Assembly (NCBI GenBank): GCA_040752595.1
Contig: JBFMGX010000004.1
Coordinates: forward strand, 155,440-219,439
DNA from: Candidatus Zixiibacteriota bacterium
Lineage (GTDB): Bacteria > Zixibacteria > MSB-5A5 > WJJR01
DNA length: 64,000 nt
Direction of reading: 5' to 3'
Part shown: positions 56,692 through 64,000 of the stretch, in pieces
Layout: every line of letters begins with the position of its first letter
Numbering within the stretch: the first letter of the stretch is position 1
The notes under the pieces: generated by a model
Told to the model about the DNA's origin: nothing
The model's input: only the letters and a program-made list of their open reading frames with translations
Databases searched by the model: none
Made by a program: the position numbers and the translations under genes

Positions 56692-57477
56692 ATGGCCAAC
56701 TCACTGATCGCTGTCTTCACGCTCGTTGGTATCACAGCCCGCGCCGATGACTTCGCCAAGCTCAACAACAATGGCAATCGCCTTGCCGGCAAGGGGCACT
56801 ACGATGAGGCGCTCGAAGCGTACCGATCCGCGTTGATCGAACGCCCCGATGTCCCCGGCGTCGTCTACAACATCGGCAACGCCTATCATCTGAAGGGTGC
56901 CTTCGACTCCGCCGCGGCCGCCTATCACAACGCATTGGCTCGTGACGACCAGACGCTGTCGGCCGAGACCGAGTACAACCTCGGCAACACACTCTACCGC
57001 ATGCGCGAGTTCCAGCCCGCGGTCGATGCCTACAAGGCGGCGCTGCGCCGCAATCCCGACGATCTGGACGCCAAGCACAACCTGGAGATGGCTCTGCGCC
57101 ACCTGGACAAACAGGACTCCACACCCCAGCAGAAGCAGCAGAACCAACAGGACCAACAGAATAAACCCGATTCCAATCAGCAGCAGAACCAGAATCAGAA
57201 TCAGCAACAGAAACAGGATTCCACGCAGAATCAGCAGAATCAGGATTCCCAGAGTCAGCAGCAGTCGGATTCATCCCAGAACGATCAGCAGTCCGACCAA
57301 CAGAAGAAAGAGCAGCAAGAACAGGAACAGCGCCGCCGTCAGGCGCAGCAGCGGATGACCGGGATGACCCGACAGGACGCCGAGCGTATCCTCGATGCGC
57401 TCAAGAACGATGAGTTGAAGCTTCAGCGCCTGCGGGCCCAACGCGTCACCGAAGAGGACGTCGTCAAGGACTGGTAG
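56692..57477 (+). CDS. batC: BatC (TPR-repeat aerotolerance protein) with a long Q/N-rich low-complexity linker
   Basis: Signal/TM MANSLIAVFTLVGITARA. TPR units (GKGHYDEALEAYRSAL..., YNIGNAYHLKGAFDSAAAAYHNAL..., YNLGNTLYRMREFQPAVDAYKAAL...). Then about 80 aa of QQKQQNQQDQQN... and a conserved C-terminal block. Confidence 0.75.
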   Translation: MANSLIAVFTLVGITARADDFAKLNNNGNRLAGKGHYDEALEAYRSALIERPDVPGVVYNIGNAYHLKGAFDSAAAAYHNALARDDQTLSAETEYNLGNTLYRMREFQPAVDAYKAALRRNPDDLDAKHNLEMALRHLDKQDSTPQQKQQNQQDQQNKPDSNQQQNQNQNQQQKQDSTQNQQNQDSQSQQQSDSSQNDQQSDQQKKEQQEQEQRRRQAQQRMTGMTRQDAERILDALKNDELKLQRLRAQRVTEEDVVKDW

Positions 57478-57545
57478 TGCGAGCTTGGTATGGCGGCTTG
57501 GCAGGCTCGTGAAGAGTACACGAAATGCGTAGCGTCTCCACCCAT

Positions 57546-57668
57546 GTCATCCTGAGTGAATCCCGCGCTCCGCGAGCGCGGGATGAAGCGAAGGATCTGC
57601 TGTTTCTCCCCATAGAGGTAACAGCAGATTCTTCGCCCCGCCAAAGAACGGCGGGGCTCAGAATGACA
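57546..57668. repeat. MITE-like family-6 element
   Basis: gtcatcctgagtgaaTCCCGCGCTCcgcGAGCGCGGGAtgaagcgaaGGATCTGCTGtttctccccatagaggtaaCAGCAGATTCttcgCCCCGCCaaagaacGGCGGGGctcagaatgacatgg. Confidence 0.6.
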
Positions 57669-57744
57669 TGGATACCGTTCTTTCCTAACTTGATAGTGTG
57701 CGTATTTCTGGCAAAATGAGCGCGCGCGGCAACACTCTGATACC

Positions 57745-57842
57745 AACCCTCTCCTTGAAAGGGCGAGGCGGCAGTTTCTTCCCCTCTCCCCTATGGGGAG
57801 AGGGTAGGCCTGCCCTGAGTGAAGTCGAAGGGGTGAGGGGTC
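57745..57842. repeat. Family-5-related nested-hairpin element
   Basis: caaCCCTCTCCttgaaaGGgcGAGGcggcagtttcttCCCCTCTCCCctatGGGGAGAGGGtaggcctgccctgagtgaagtcgaaggggtgagggg. Confidence 0.55.
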
Positions 57843-57916
57843 GGGTGTCTTCGATTGAACGTCACGGCGATCTTCCGCCGGTTCCGATTCTCGCAAGGGT
57901 CGGCAGAACCATCACC

Positions 57917-59713
57917 TTGGCGTGTGTTCTCCTGGCGTTCTCGCTTGCCGCCGCCTTTGCCGATACCACGTTTCGACTCAAGGTCGAACCGAAGAAGATC
58001 ATGCTCTCCGAGAACGCCACTCTGCAGTTGACTCTGGAAAGCGATTCCCGCTCACTGCCCCAGCCGCAGTTGCCGCCGCTTCCGGATTTCCAAGTCTTCT
58101 CCTCGGGACGCAACCAGAGCATGCAGGTGACCAACGGGCGTGTCCGATCGTCGATCATCTACTCGTATGTGCTGTCGCCCCGCCATGCCGGTCGCTTCAC
58201 CGTTGGTCCGGCGCGCGTCACCGTGGACGGTGTCGAGTACACGACGCAGGCGGAAACCGTTGTCGTCAATGAGGCCCCGCCGGCGTCGCCGGCACCTGTG
58301 CCCGCGCCTCCCGAGCACCCGCGAAATGAAGTCTCCGCCGCACGGGAAGCCAAGCGTAAGGTGTTCATCACCGCCGCCCTCGACAAGGACACAGCGTACG
58401 TCAACGAGCCGGTCACCTACATCTTCCGTTTCTACAAGGGCGAGCCGTTGCTCTCGTCGCCGGAATACTCCCGTCCCGCCTTCGCCAACTTCTGGTTCCA
58501 GGACCTCCCGCCGCAGCGGCAGTACACGACCGTTGTGGACGGCGTGCCGTACGAGGTCACAGAGATCCGCACGGCGCTGTTTCCCACCGACGCCGGGGAA
58601 AAGACCATCGGACCTTCGGAAGTCAAAGCGACCGTGATCGGCCGGCGTCGCGCCGCACCGCGCGACCCCTTCAGTCTGTTCGACAACGACTACTTCGGCG
58701 CTTTCAACCGCGGCGAGGAACTCAAATTGACGACGACGTCTCTGCGGTTGTTCGTACGTCCCCTGCCCGAGTCTGGAAAACCCCGTGAGGCCTCCGGTTT
58801 GGTCGGGAGATTCGCCGTCGAGGCGCGCGCCGATGTCCACTCGGTGAATGTCGGCGATCCGATTACGGTCAAGGTCACCGTGTCCGGTGAGGGGAACATC
58901 AAATCGATCCCGGAGCCGCACTTCGATTCACTTCCCAACTTCCGCATCTTCTCGGGCGGCACGAGCGAAGACATCTCGACAACCGACTATCGGGTCAGCG
59001 GACGCAAGACGTTCGAAGAAGTCTTCGTTCCGCAGCGTCCGGGGAGCTACCGTCTTCCTCCATTCGCCGTGACCTACTTTGACGTTGCCCGCCGGTCCTA
59101 TCAGACGGTCCGCAGCGATTCGATCCCGGTCACCGTCACCGGCGCGGCGGCCGATTTCACCATCCCATCACTTCGATTGGGCGCGGACCAACTCTCGGAC
59201 TTGGCCGCCGACGTTCGCTTTCTCAAGACCGAAGGCGGACATTTCCGGCAACGGAGCGATCCCGGTCTCTTTGGCGGCGCCTTCTGGATCGGTCACATTC
59301 TCCCACTGGCAGGCTTGACTCTGCTCTTGGGGTGGCGTCGTCGCCTGCTGCGCGAAGCCGCCGATCCGGTGGGTCGGCGTCGCCGTCTGGCCTATCGCCT
59401 CGCGATGGCACGCATGCAAGAGCGCGCAAGCAGCGACAAGCCATCAGCCGGGTTGAGCGCCGAGACCATTGCCGAGGCGCTCCTGCAATACTACTCCGAT
59501 CGTTACAACTGTGCCGCGCAGGGTCTCCGGCGCGATGAAATGCGCGGGCAGCTCCTCGACGATGGACTGCCTGAGGGCACCGTCAACGAGTACCTGGACA
59601 TACTCCAATCGTGCGATCAACAGCGGTATGCGCCGGGGCAGGACCATCGTGCCTCCGCTGACCTCCCGGCGCGCGCGGCACGCGTCCTCGTGTCGCTGGA
59701 GAAACCGCGATGA
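57917..59713 (+). CDS. batD: BatD (oxygen-tolerance protein; periplasmic domains, C-proximal TM)
   Basis: Tentative TTG start at 57917 (LACVLLAFSLAAAFA signal). Long beta-rich periplasmic region, then TM FWIGHILPLAGLTLLLGW + RRR and a cytoplasmic tail. The ORF-track start at 57698 runs through two repeat elements. Confidence 0.65.
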   Translation: MACVLLAFSLAAAFADTTFRLKVEPKKIMLSENATLQLTLESDSRSLPQPQLPPLPDFQVFSSGRNQSMQVTNGRVRSSIIYSYVLSPRHAGRFTVGPARVTVDGVEYTTQAETVVVNEAPPASPAPVPAPPEHPRNEVSAAREAKRKVFITAALDKDTAYVNEPVTYIFRFYKGEPLLSSPEYSRPAFANFWFQDLPPQRQYTTVVDGVPYEVTEIRTALFPTDAGEKTIGPSEVKATVIGRRRAAPRDPFSLFDNDYFGAFNRGEELKLTTTSLRLFVRPLPESGKPREASGLVGRFAVEARADVHSVNVGDPITVKVTVSGEGNIKSIPEPHFDSLPNFRIFSGGTSEDISTTDYRVSGRKTFEEVFVPQRPGSYRLPPFAVTYFDVARRSYQTVRSDSIPVTVTGAAADFTIPSLRLGADQLSDLAADVRFLKTEGGHFRQRSDPGLFGGAFWIGHILPLAGLTLLLGWRRRLLREAADPVGRRRRLAYRLAMARMQERASSDKPSAGLSAETIAEALLQYYSDRYNCAAQGLRRDEMRGQLLDDGLPEGTVNEYLDILQSCDQQRYAPGQDHRASADLPARAARVLVSLEKPR

Positions 59714-60510
59714 CGCCCGCTCTGGCATACATCTCTTGCCGCCGGGCCCGTACGTTGTCGGCCTTCGTGGTCGAACTCATTCTCTTCGGCGCGGTCTGTC
59801 CCGCATGGGCACAAAGCCCGGATCGGTTGTTCAGTGATGCCGTCGCCGCCTATCAGCGCGGCCGATTCGATTCGGCGGCCGCCGGTTTCCTGGCGTTGGT
59901 GCAGTCCGGAATCGATGACGCCCGTGTCTGGTATGACCTCGGGAATGCGCAATTCAAGTCGGGAAGCATCGGCTCGGCCTTGGTTGCGTACCGGCGCGGC
60001 CTCCGTCTCACGCCCCGTGATGCCGATCTGAGGGCCAACTACCGCTATGTCCGGCTCTTTGCCGCCGACAAGATCGAGCCGGTCGGCGTGCTCTTTCTGG
60101 AGCGATGGTGGCTCGCCGCCGTCGGTCGTCTTTCGATCTATGAGGCCCGCGCCCTGGCCGGAATCTCCTTCTGGGCCGCCGTTCTTCTGACCGCCTGGAG
60201 TCTATGGCCCAAGCGCAGACCGGGGAAGGCGATCCCGGTCGGCGCACTCGTTGTTTGTTGGTGCCTCTGGCTCCTGCTGACCGGTGTCGCCGCCACCGCC
60301 TATGTCCGCGATGTCTCAAGACACGACGGCGCCGTGATTGCGGTGAAGACCGATATTCGCGGCGGTCCCGGTAATGACTACGCTCTGCAATTCGTCGCCC
60401 ATGATGGCCTCGAAGGCACTGTCGAGCGCAGCGAATCCGGCTGGTATCTGGTTCGATTCCCCAATGGCGTCAAGGGCTGGGTCGCCGCCACCGCCTTCGA
60501 GATCGTGTAA
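59710..60510 (+). CDS. batE: BatE (TPR + transmembrane + SH3-like domain)
   Basis: 4-bp overlap with batD (ATGA). TPR segment (AVAAYQRGRFDSAAAGFLAL..WYDLGNAQFKSG..ALVAYRRGL). TM helices, then a C-terminal SH3b-like segment GWYLVRFPNGVKGWVAATAFEIV. Confidence 0.75.
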   Translation: MTPALAYISCRRARTLSAFVVELILFGAVCPAWAQSPDRLFSDAVAAYQRGRFDSAAAGFLALVQSGIDDARVWYDLGNAQFKSGSIGSALVAYRRGLRLTPRDADLRANYRYVRLFAADKIEPVGVLFLERWWLAAVGRLSIYEARALAGISFWAAVLLTAWSLWPKRRPGKAIPVGALVVCWCLWLLLTGVAATAYVRDVSRHDGAVIAVKTDIRGGPGNDYALQFVAHDGLEGTVERSESGWYLVRFPNGVKGWVAATAFEIV

Positions 60511-60683
60511 CGGCTTCTGTCAGCGGGAGGGCGGGGCAACGCCCACCGCCAACCCACCTGTAATGTACTCGAACTGCTCCGATCTCCCCGGCAAATAGAA
60601 CGATCCCGCGACCTGCAATCGCCGGAGGTCAATCACTGTATTCGCTCCCGCCCAGTCGCGAACCATCATGGGAGCACAGGGCT

Positions 60684-60826
60684 GTCATGCCGAGCGAATC
60701 CCGCCCGCCGCGGCGGGCGGGATGAAGCGAAGCATCTGCTTTCCTTCCCCGATGAAGAGACAGCAGATTCTCGCCCGCCTCTGGCGGGCAAGCCCCGCCA
60801 AAGAGAGGCGGAGTTCAGAATGACAA
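60684..60826. repeat. MITE-like family-6 element (longest copy)
   Basis: gtcatgccgagcgaaTCCCGCCCGCCgcgGCGGGCGGGAtgaagcgaagcatctgctttccttccccgatgaagagaCAGCAGATTCtcGCCCGCCtctGGCGGGCaaGCCCCGCCaaagagaGGCGGAGttcagaatgacaattc. Confidence 0.6.
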
Positions 60827-60957
60827 TTCGGGGCGGTTCTTCAGCGGTCTGCTGGGGGTTGCGCCGTCCCCGATTCGCCGTTGACTCGTTGTCCTCGGCG
60901 GACGATGTTGCCGGAGGCGCACACGAGGTCCCGACGCGCCCGTTCGGATTCGCTCCC

Positions 60958-62067
60958 ATGCAGGCGCCCCCCTGGCGATGGATCCGCATCCTCGGTCTCT
61001 TGGCCGCCTTCGCCGTCCTGGTCTACATGTTCCGCGATTCCGACCCGCTCGACATCTGGCGGGCGATCGTCGGCATGCACCCCCGGTATCTGATCCCGGT
61101 GCTCGCCGGGGCTGTCGGCATGCCGGTCTTCCGGGCCCTGCGGCTGCGTTTCATCATGCCGCCCGCGGAGCAAACACCCGAGCGTCACCTGTCTCAGCGG
61201 CGTGTCTTCGCGGTCTACAACGTCGGTCAGTTGCTCAACATTATCCTCCCCGTGCTCACCGGGCAGGTCGCCCGCGTCCTGTTGTTCTCCCGGACCCTGG
61301 GGATGACCAAGACCTCCGCCTTCACGATGGTCATCCTCGAGGTCCTGTTCGATGGTCTCATCCTTGTCGTCATGATCTTCGCCACGTCGTTTCTCTTCGT
61401 CATGCCGGAATGGATGGTGCGTGGCGAGGTGGCGGTCCTGTTCGCCTGCGCCATGCTCTTCGGCTTCTTCTATTGGGCTTTGCGTCATCGGGAACGCAGC
61501 GCCCTGACGGCCGGGTGGTTCCGCCGTCGTGCCCCGGCGCGTCTCGTGCGCGAATGGGACAGCGTGAGTGCCTCCTTCCTCGACGGACTGAAGATGCTCC
61601 GCAGCAGCCGTCACCTATCGATGGTCGGCTTGCTCTCCGTGTCGGCCTGGCTGTCGCATGCGCTTCTGGTCCTGTTTCTGCTGCGCGCATTTGCCTTCGA
61701 TATCCCGTTCTGGGGCGCGATGGTCATCTTGATCGTCAACACGGTCGTCATCATGGTCCCGGTCAGCCCCGGGAACATCGGGACCTTCCAACTGGCCTGC
61801 GTGGTCGGCCTGGCGTTCTTTGGCGTGCGCAAGGATGAGGCGCTGGGATTCTCCATCCTGTTGCACGTGACGGAGGTCGGCCCCGTCTTTGTGCTGGGTT
61901 CGATTGCCTCGTTCTCGCAGCATGTCCGCTTGCGGGAATACAAGTCCGCCCAGATCCGGCTGGAACAGGAGCGCCTGGCGACCACGGCCCCCGTTTTTGA
62001 TCACTTTCTGGACCACCCCCACGCCGGCACCGGCACCGGGCACGCACCAACCGCCGACGGTCGCTGA
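60958..62067 (+). CDS. Integral membrane protein of the lysylphosphatidylglycerol-synthase-TM-region / UPF0104 (flippase-like) family
   Basis: ATG at 60958. Six to eight TM helices with the characteristic spacing (ILGLLAAFAVLVYMF; YLIPVLAGAVGMPVFRALRLRFIM; YNVGQLLNIILPVLTGQVARVLLF; TMVILEVLFDGLILVVMIF; LLSVSAWLSHALLVLFLL...IVNTVVIMVPVSPGNIG). Confidence 0.6.
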   Translation: MQAPPWRWIRILGLLAAFAVLVYMFRDSDPLDIWRAIVGMHPRYLIPVLAGAVGMPVFRALRLRFIMPPAEQTPERHLSQRRVFAVYNVGQLLNIILPVLTGQVARVLLFSRTLGMTKTSAFTMVILEVLFDGLILVVMIFATSFLFVMPEWMVRGEVAVLFACAMLFGFFYWALRHRERSALTAGWFRRRAPARLVREWDSVSASFLDGLKMLRSSRHLSMVGLLSVSAWLSHALLVLFLLRAFAFDIPFWGAMVILIVNTVVIMVPVSPGNIGTFQLACVVGLAFFGVRKDEALGFSILLHVTEVGPVFVLGSIASFSQHVRLREYKSAQIRLEQERLATTAPVFDHFLDHPHAGTGTGHAPTADGR

Positions 62068-62163
62068 ATCGCCCGTTCGCCGCGGCCGGGCTTGTCGATG
62101 TCACGGGCGTGGTCTATATTCTCGAAGGCGGTAGCGTATGCGCCTCCGTCGGGGAGGAGAGAC

Positions 62164-62478
62164 ATGTACTTCTTGGTGTTCGAGAGACGCAAGGGACAGG
62201 ATGAGCCGATCAACGATTTGGGCGGGATGATAACGGCCATGTCCGACTGGCTGGCATATCTGAGGGAACTGTCGAAGAAGGGTACCGTGGCCCATCATTG
62301 GGCCTTCCGGGCCCAGCACGGGAGCGTCACGGTCTACGACGTTGCCTCGGGAGATCAACTGAAGTCCATTCTCGAAAAATGCCCCATCCCGGAGCGCTTC
62401 GTCCATCGGGAGGTTCATCAGGTTTGCGACCTCGATGAAGCCATCGCCAACCTGGCGAAGTACATGACCGGGATATGA
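62164..62478 (+). CDS. Small conserved hypothetical protein (about 104 aa)
   Basis: RBS ggggaggagagac directly precedes the ATG at 62164. Protein-like composition; no family recognised from sequence. Confidence 0.45.
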   Translation: MYFLVFERRKGQDEPINDLGGMITAMSDWLAYLRELSKKGTVAHHWAFRAQHGSVTVYDVASGDQLKSILEKCPIPERFVHREVHQVCDLDEAIANLAKYMTGI

Positions 62479-62595
62479 TCACTGGCCCCGTCTCTGGTCG
62501 CCCCATCATTCGGGATCTTCCTCCCCGGGGTTCTTTTATGCCGTCGCCCGTCCACGTTGCGATTGTGGATCTCTGACGTCGGAACGCCAAACGCC

Positions 62596-63531
62596 ATGGA
62601 CGAACCGGTCGTTCGGGAAGGACGGGTCATCAAGAGCTACGGAAGCCGCTTTGTCGTCGTAACGGCGGAAGGGACTTTCGACTGCGGTCTGCGGGGGCGG
62701 ATGCGGATTTCCGGCGCCAAGACGCACACGCCGGTTGCGGTCGGCGATCGTGTTCAGGTCACCGTTGAAGACCCACCGTATGGCGTCATCGATTCCGTCC
62801 ATCCGCGGGTCAACAAGCTCTCACGCCCCGATGTCCTGAAACCCGAATGGGAACAGGTCTTGGTTGCCAACTGCGACCAACTGATCGCCGTCGCGTCGCT
62901 GGCACGGCCCCGGCTCAAGTTTGGCGCCGTGGATCGACTGCTCCTGGTCGCCGAGAAGACGGGCCTGGATGGCGCCGTCGTCCTGAACAAGATTGATCTC
63001 GTGGAGCCTCATGGCGGCGAACGCGCCCGCCATGTCTACAACAAGGCCGGGTATCCGGTCGTCGTGACATCGGCGCTTACAGGGGAGGGGCTGCCACAAC
63101 TGCGGGAGGTGGTGCAACTCAAGGTGTCGATCTTTGCGGGACACTCCGGAGTCGGCAAGTCCTCACTGCTGAATGCCTTAGAGCCGGGGCTGGGGTTGCG
63201 TACACGGGAGGTCTCCGAGGCGACCGAGCGTGGGACGCATACAACGACGAGTATCGAGTTGCATCCCCTCGGTTTCGGCGGTTATATCGCCGATACGCCG
63301 GGCCTGAGAGCGATCGGACTATGGGATCTTACAGCCGAGGAACTCCCCGGCTTGTATCGGGATTTCCGCCCGTACCTGGGCCAATGTCGATTCGGTAATT
63401 GCCTTCATGTCGGCGAACCGGATTGCGCCATTCGGGAGGCCGTCGCCGGCGGCTCGATCAGCACGGAACGGTACGAGGGGTACCTTCGCATCCGCCAATC
63501 GCTGGTTGATCCCGAGCCGCTGCGGCGGTGA
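62596..63531 (+). CDS. rsgA: Ribosome small-subunit-dependent GTPase A (RsgA/YjeQ)
   Basis: OB-fold N-terminus. Circularly permuted GTPase motifs LNKIDL (G4) ... GHSGVGKSSLLNAL (G1) ... DTPG (G3). C-terminal zinc-finger cysteines CRFGNCLHVGEPDC. Confidence 0.9.
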   Translation: MDEPVVREGRVIKSYGSRFVVVTAEGTFDCGLRGRMRISGAKTHTPVAVGDRVQVTVEDPPYGVIDSVHPRVNKLSRPDVLKPEWEQVLVANCDQLIAVASLARPRLKFGAVDRLLLVAEKTGLDGAVVLNKIDLVEPHGGERARHVYNKAGYPVVVTSALTGEGLPQLREVVQLKVSIFAGHSGVGKSSLLNALEPGLGLRTREVSEATERGTHTTTSIELHPLGFGGYIADTPGLRAIGLWDLTAEELPGLYRDFRPYLGQCRFGNCLHVGEPDCAIREAVAGGSISTERYEGYLRIRQSLVDPEPLRR

Positions 63532-63582
63532 GACGTCGCAGTGCTATCCCGCCAGGGTTGCTTCCTGTGAGTACAAGACGAT

Positions 63583-64000
63583 ATGAGCGAGCAACCTGAA
63601 GCCCGTACCTGTCATCCCGAGCGCAGCGAGGGATCTGCTGTTCATGTCGGCCCGATCACGTTCATTGTCTTGGGGATAGCGCTTTGCGCACTCGGTTGCG
63701 CCCGCAAACGCACAGATCCGGTCGATACCCTCAAGGCAATGATCCCGCAGATCGAGGCGGCACTGAATCGACGCAGCATTACTGCCTTGCAGCGCCTGGG
63801 GACACCGCGCTTCTCCGCCAACCGGTTGCTGATCGATGTCTTTGCCGATGCCGCCGGTGATACGGCCGATCTGCGAATCAAGCATCTCTCCCTGACACTG
63901 GGGGAGGCCGAGTTGATTCTGGCCGTGGCGCTCGCCTCGGACAGTTCGTCTCCTGCCCGTGAGTTGACTCTGCATCTGGTGGGCCAGCGGGAATGGCGCA
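63583..64000 (+). CDS. Putative lipoprotein, 3-prime truncated at the window edge (start uncertain)
   Basis: Open frame to the window end with lipobox FIVLGIALCALGCARKR. The ATG at 63583 lies upstream of a partial family-6 repeat (63608-63645), so the true start may be internal or non-canonical. Not in the supplied ORF track, presumably because it has no stop within the window. Confidence 0.3.
   Translation, partial: MSEQPEARTCHPERSEGSAVHVGPITFIVLGIALCALGCARKRTDPVDTLKAMIPQIEAALNRRSITALQRLGTPRFSANRLLIDVFADAAGDTADLRIKHLSLTLGEAELILAVALASDSSSPARELTLHLVGQREWR

Noticed and set aside
5254-60826. Whether the recurrent palindromes and repeats form a CRISPR array
   Set aside because: Copies are not regularly spaced and not identical, and belong to several families. 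They are dispersed in intergenic spacers across 60 kb, and no cas genes are present. They fit REP/MITE-type elements instead.
63544-63975. 143-aa minus-strand ORF at the right edge
   Set aside because: Overlaps a partial family-6 repeat and is antisense to a plausible lipoprotein frame that runs to the window end. Composition is artefact-like.
1-64000. Search for tRNA, rRNA or tmRNA genes (T-arm GGTTCGAATCC-like motifs, anticodon-stem patterns)
   Set aside because: No convincing cloverleaf-compatible sequence found by eye. Sequences such as cagttcgatccctggttc (28290) and agttcgaggcaggaatcc (49041) lack acceptor and D-arm complements.

Overview
This is a high-GC (about 65-68% by eye) bacterial chromosomal segment with dense coding on both strands. 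The gene content points to an uncultured lineage that has a type IX secretion system (T9SS): a PorU-like C25 peptidase, a PorV-like outer-membrane barrel, several cargo proteins ending in T9SS C-terminal sorting domains, and a full Bacteroides-type bat/moxR aerotolerance operon. Recognisable genes, in order: the 3-prime end of relA/spoT; an unusual HExxH + PD40 propeller + Omp85 barrel fusion; a BamB-like PQQ-propeller lipoprotein; a heat-shock cluster hsp20-fmdB-clpB; a Big_1 Ig-like lipoprotein; two paralogous giant secreted proteins, one ending in a dockerin and the other in a T9SS CTD; a Cas4-like PD-(D/E)xK nuclease; a two-gene unit on the minus strand of a thioredoxin-like membrane protein followed by a Cys-rich secreted peptide; ctpA (S41); a TPR membrane protein; an S8 subtilisin with PKD and dockerin domains; a thioredoxin lipoprotein; the porU-like / porV-like / M6 metallopeptidase block; a REP-associated tyrosine transposase (RAYT) with its cognate REPs; tandem GWGQWY-motif paralogs; an NHL lipoprotein; a 1100-aa barrel-like protein next to an Omp85/POTRA protein; ubiA; moxR-DUF58-DUF4381-batA-batB-batC-batD-batE; an LPG-synthase-TM-like protein; and rsgA. 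No tRNA, rRNA or CRISPR array was found. The most striking signal is outside the genes. Nearly every intergenic spacer carries GC-rich palindromic repeats from at least six recurrent families: REP-like hairpins, nested-hairpin composite elements, and MITE-like elements with terminal inverted repeats. One family is bracketed by a RAYT transposase gene and occurs in frame inside two coding sequences. Many six-frame ORF N-termini are artefactually extended through these repeats, which is why the same peptide ITSPSGTVPNSVRERGR keeps reappearing in the ORF track.
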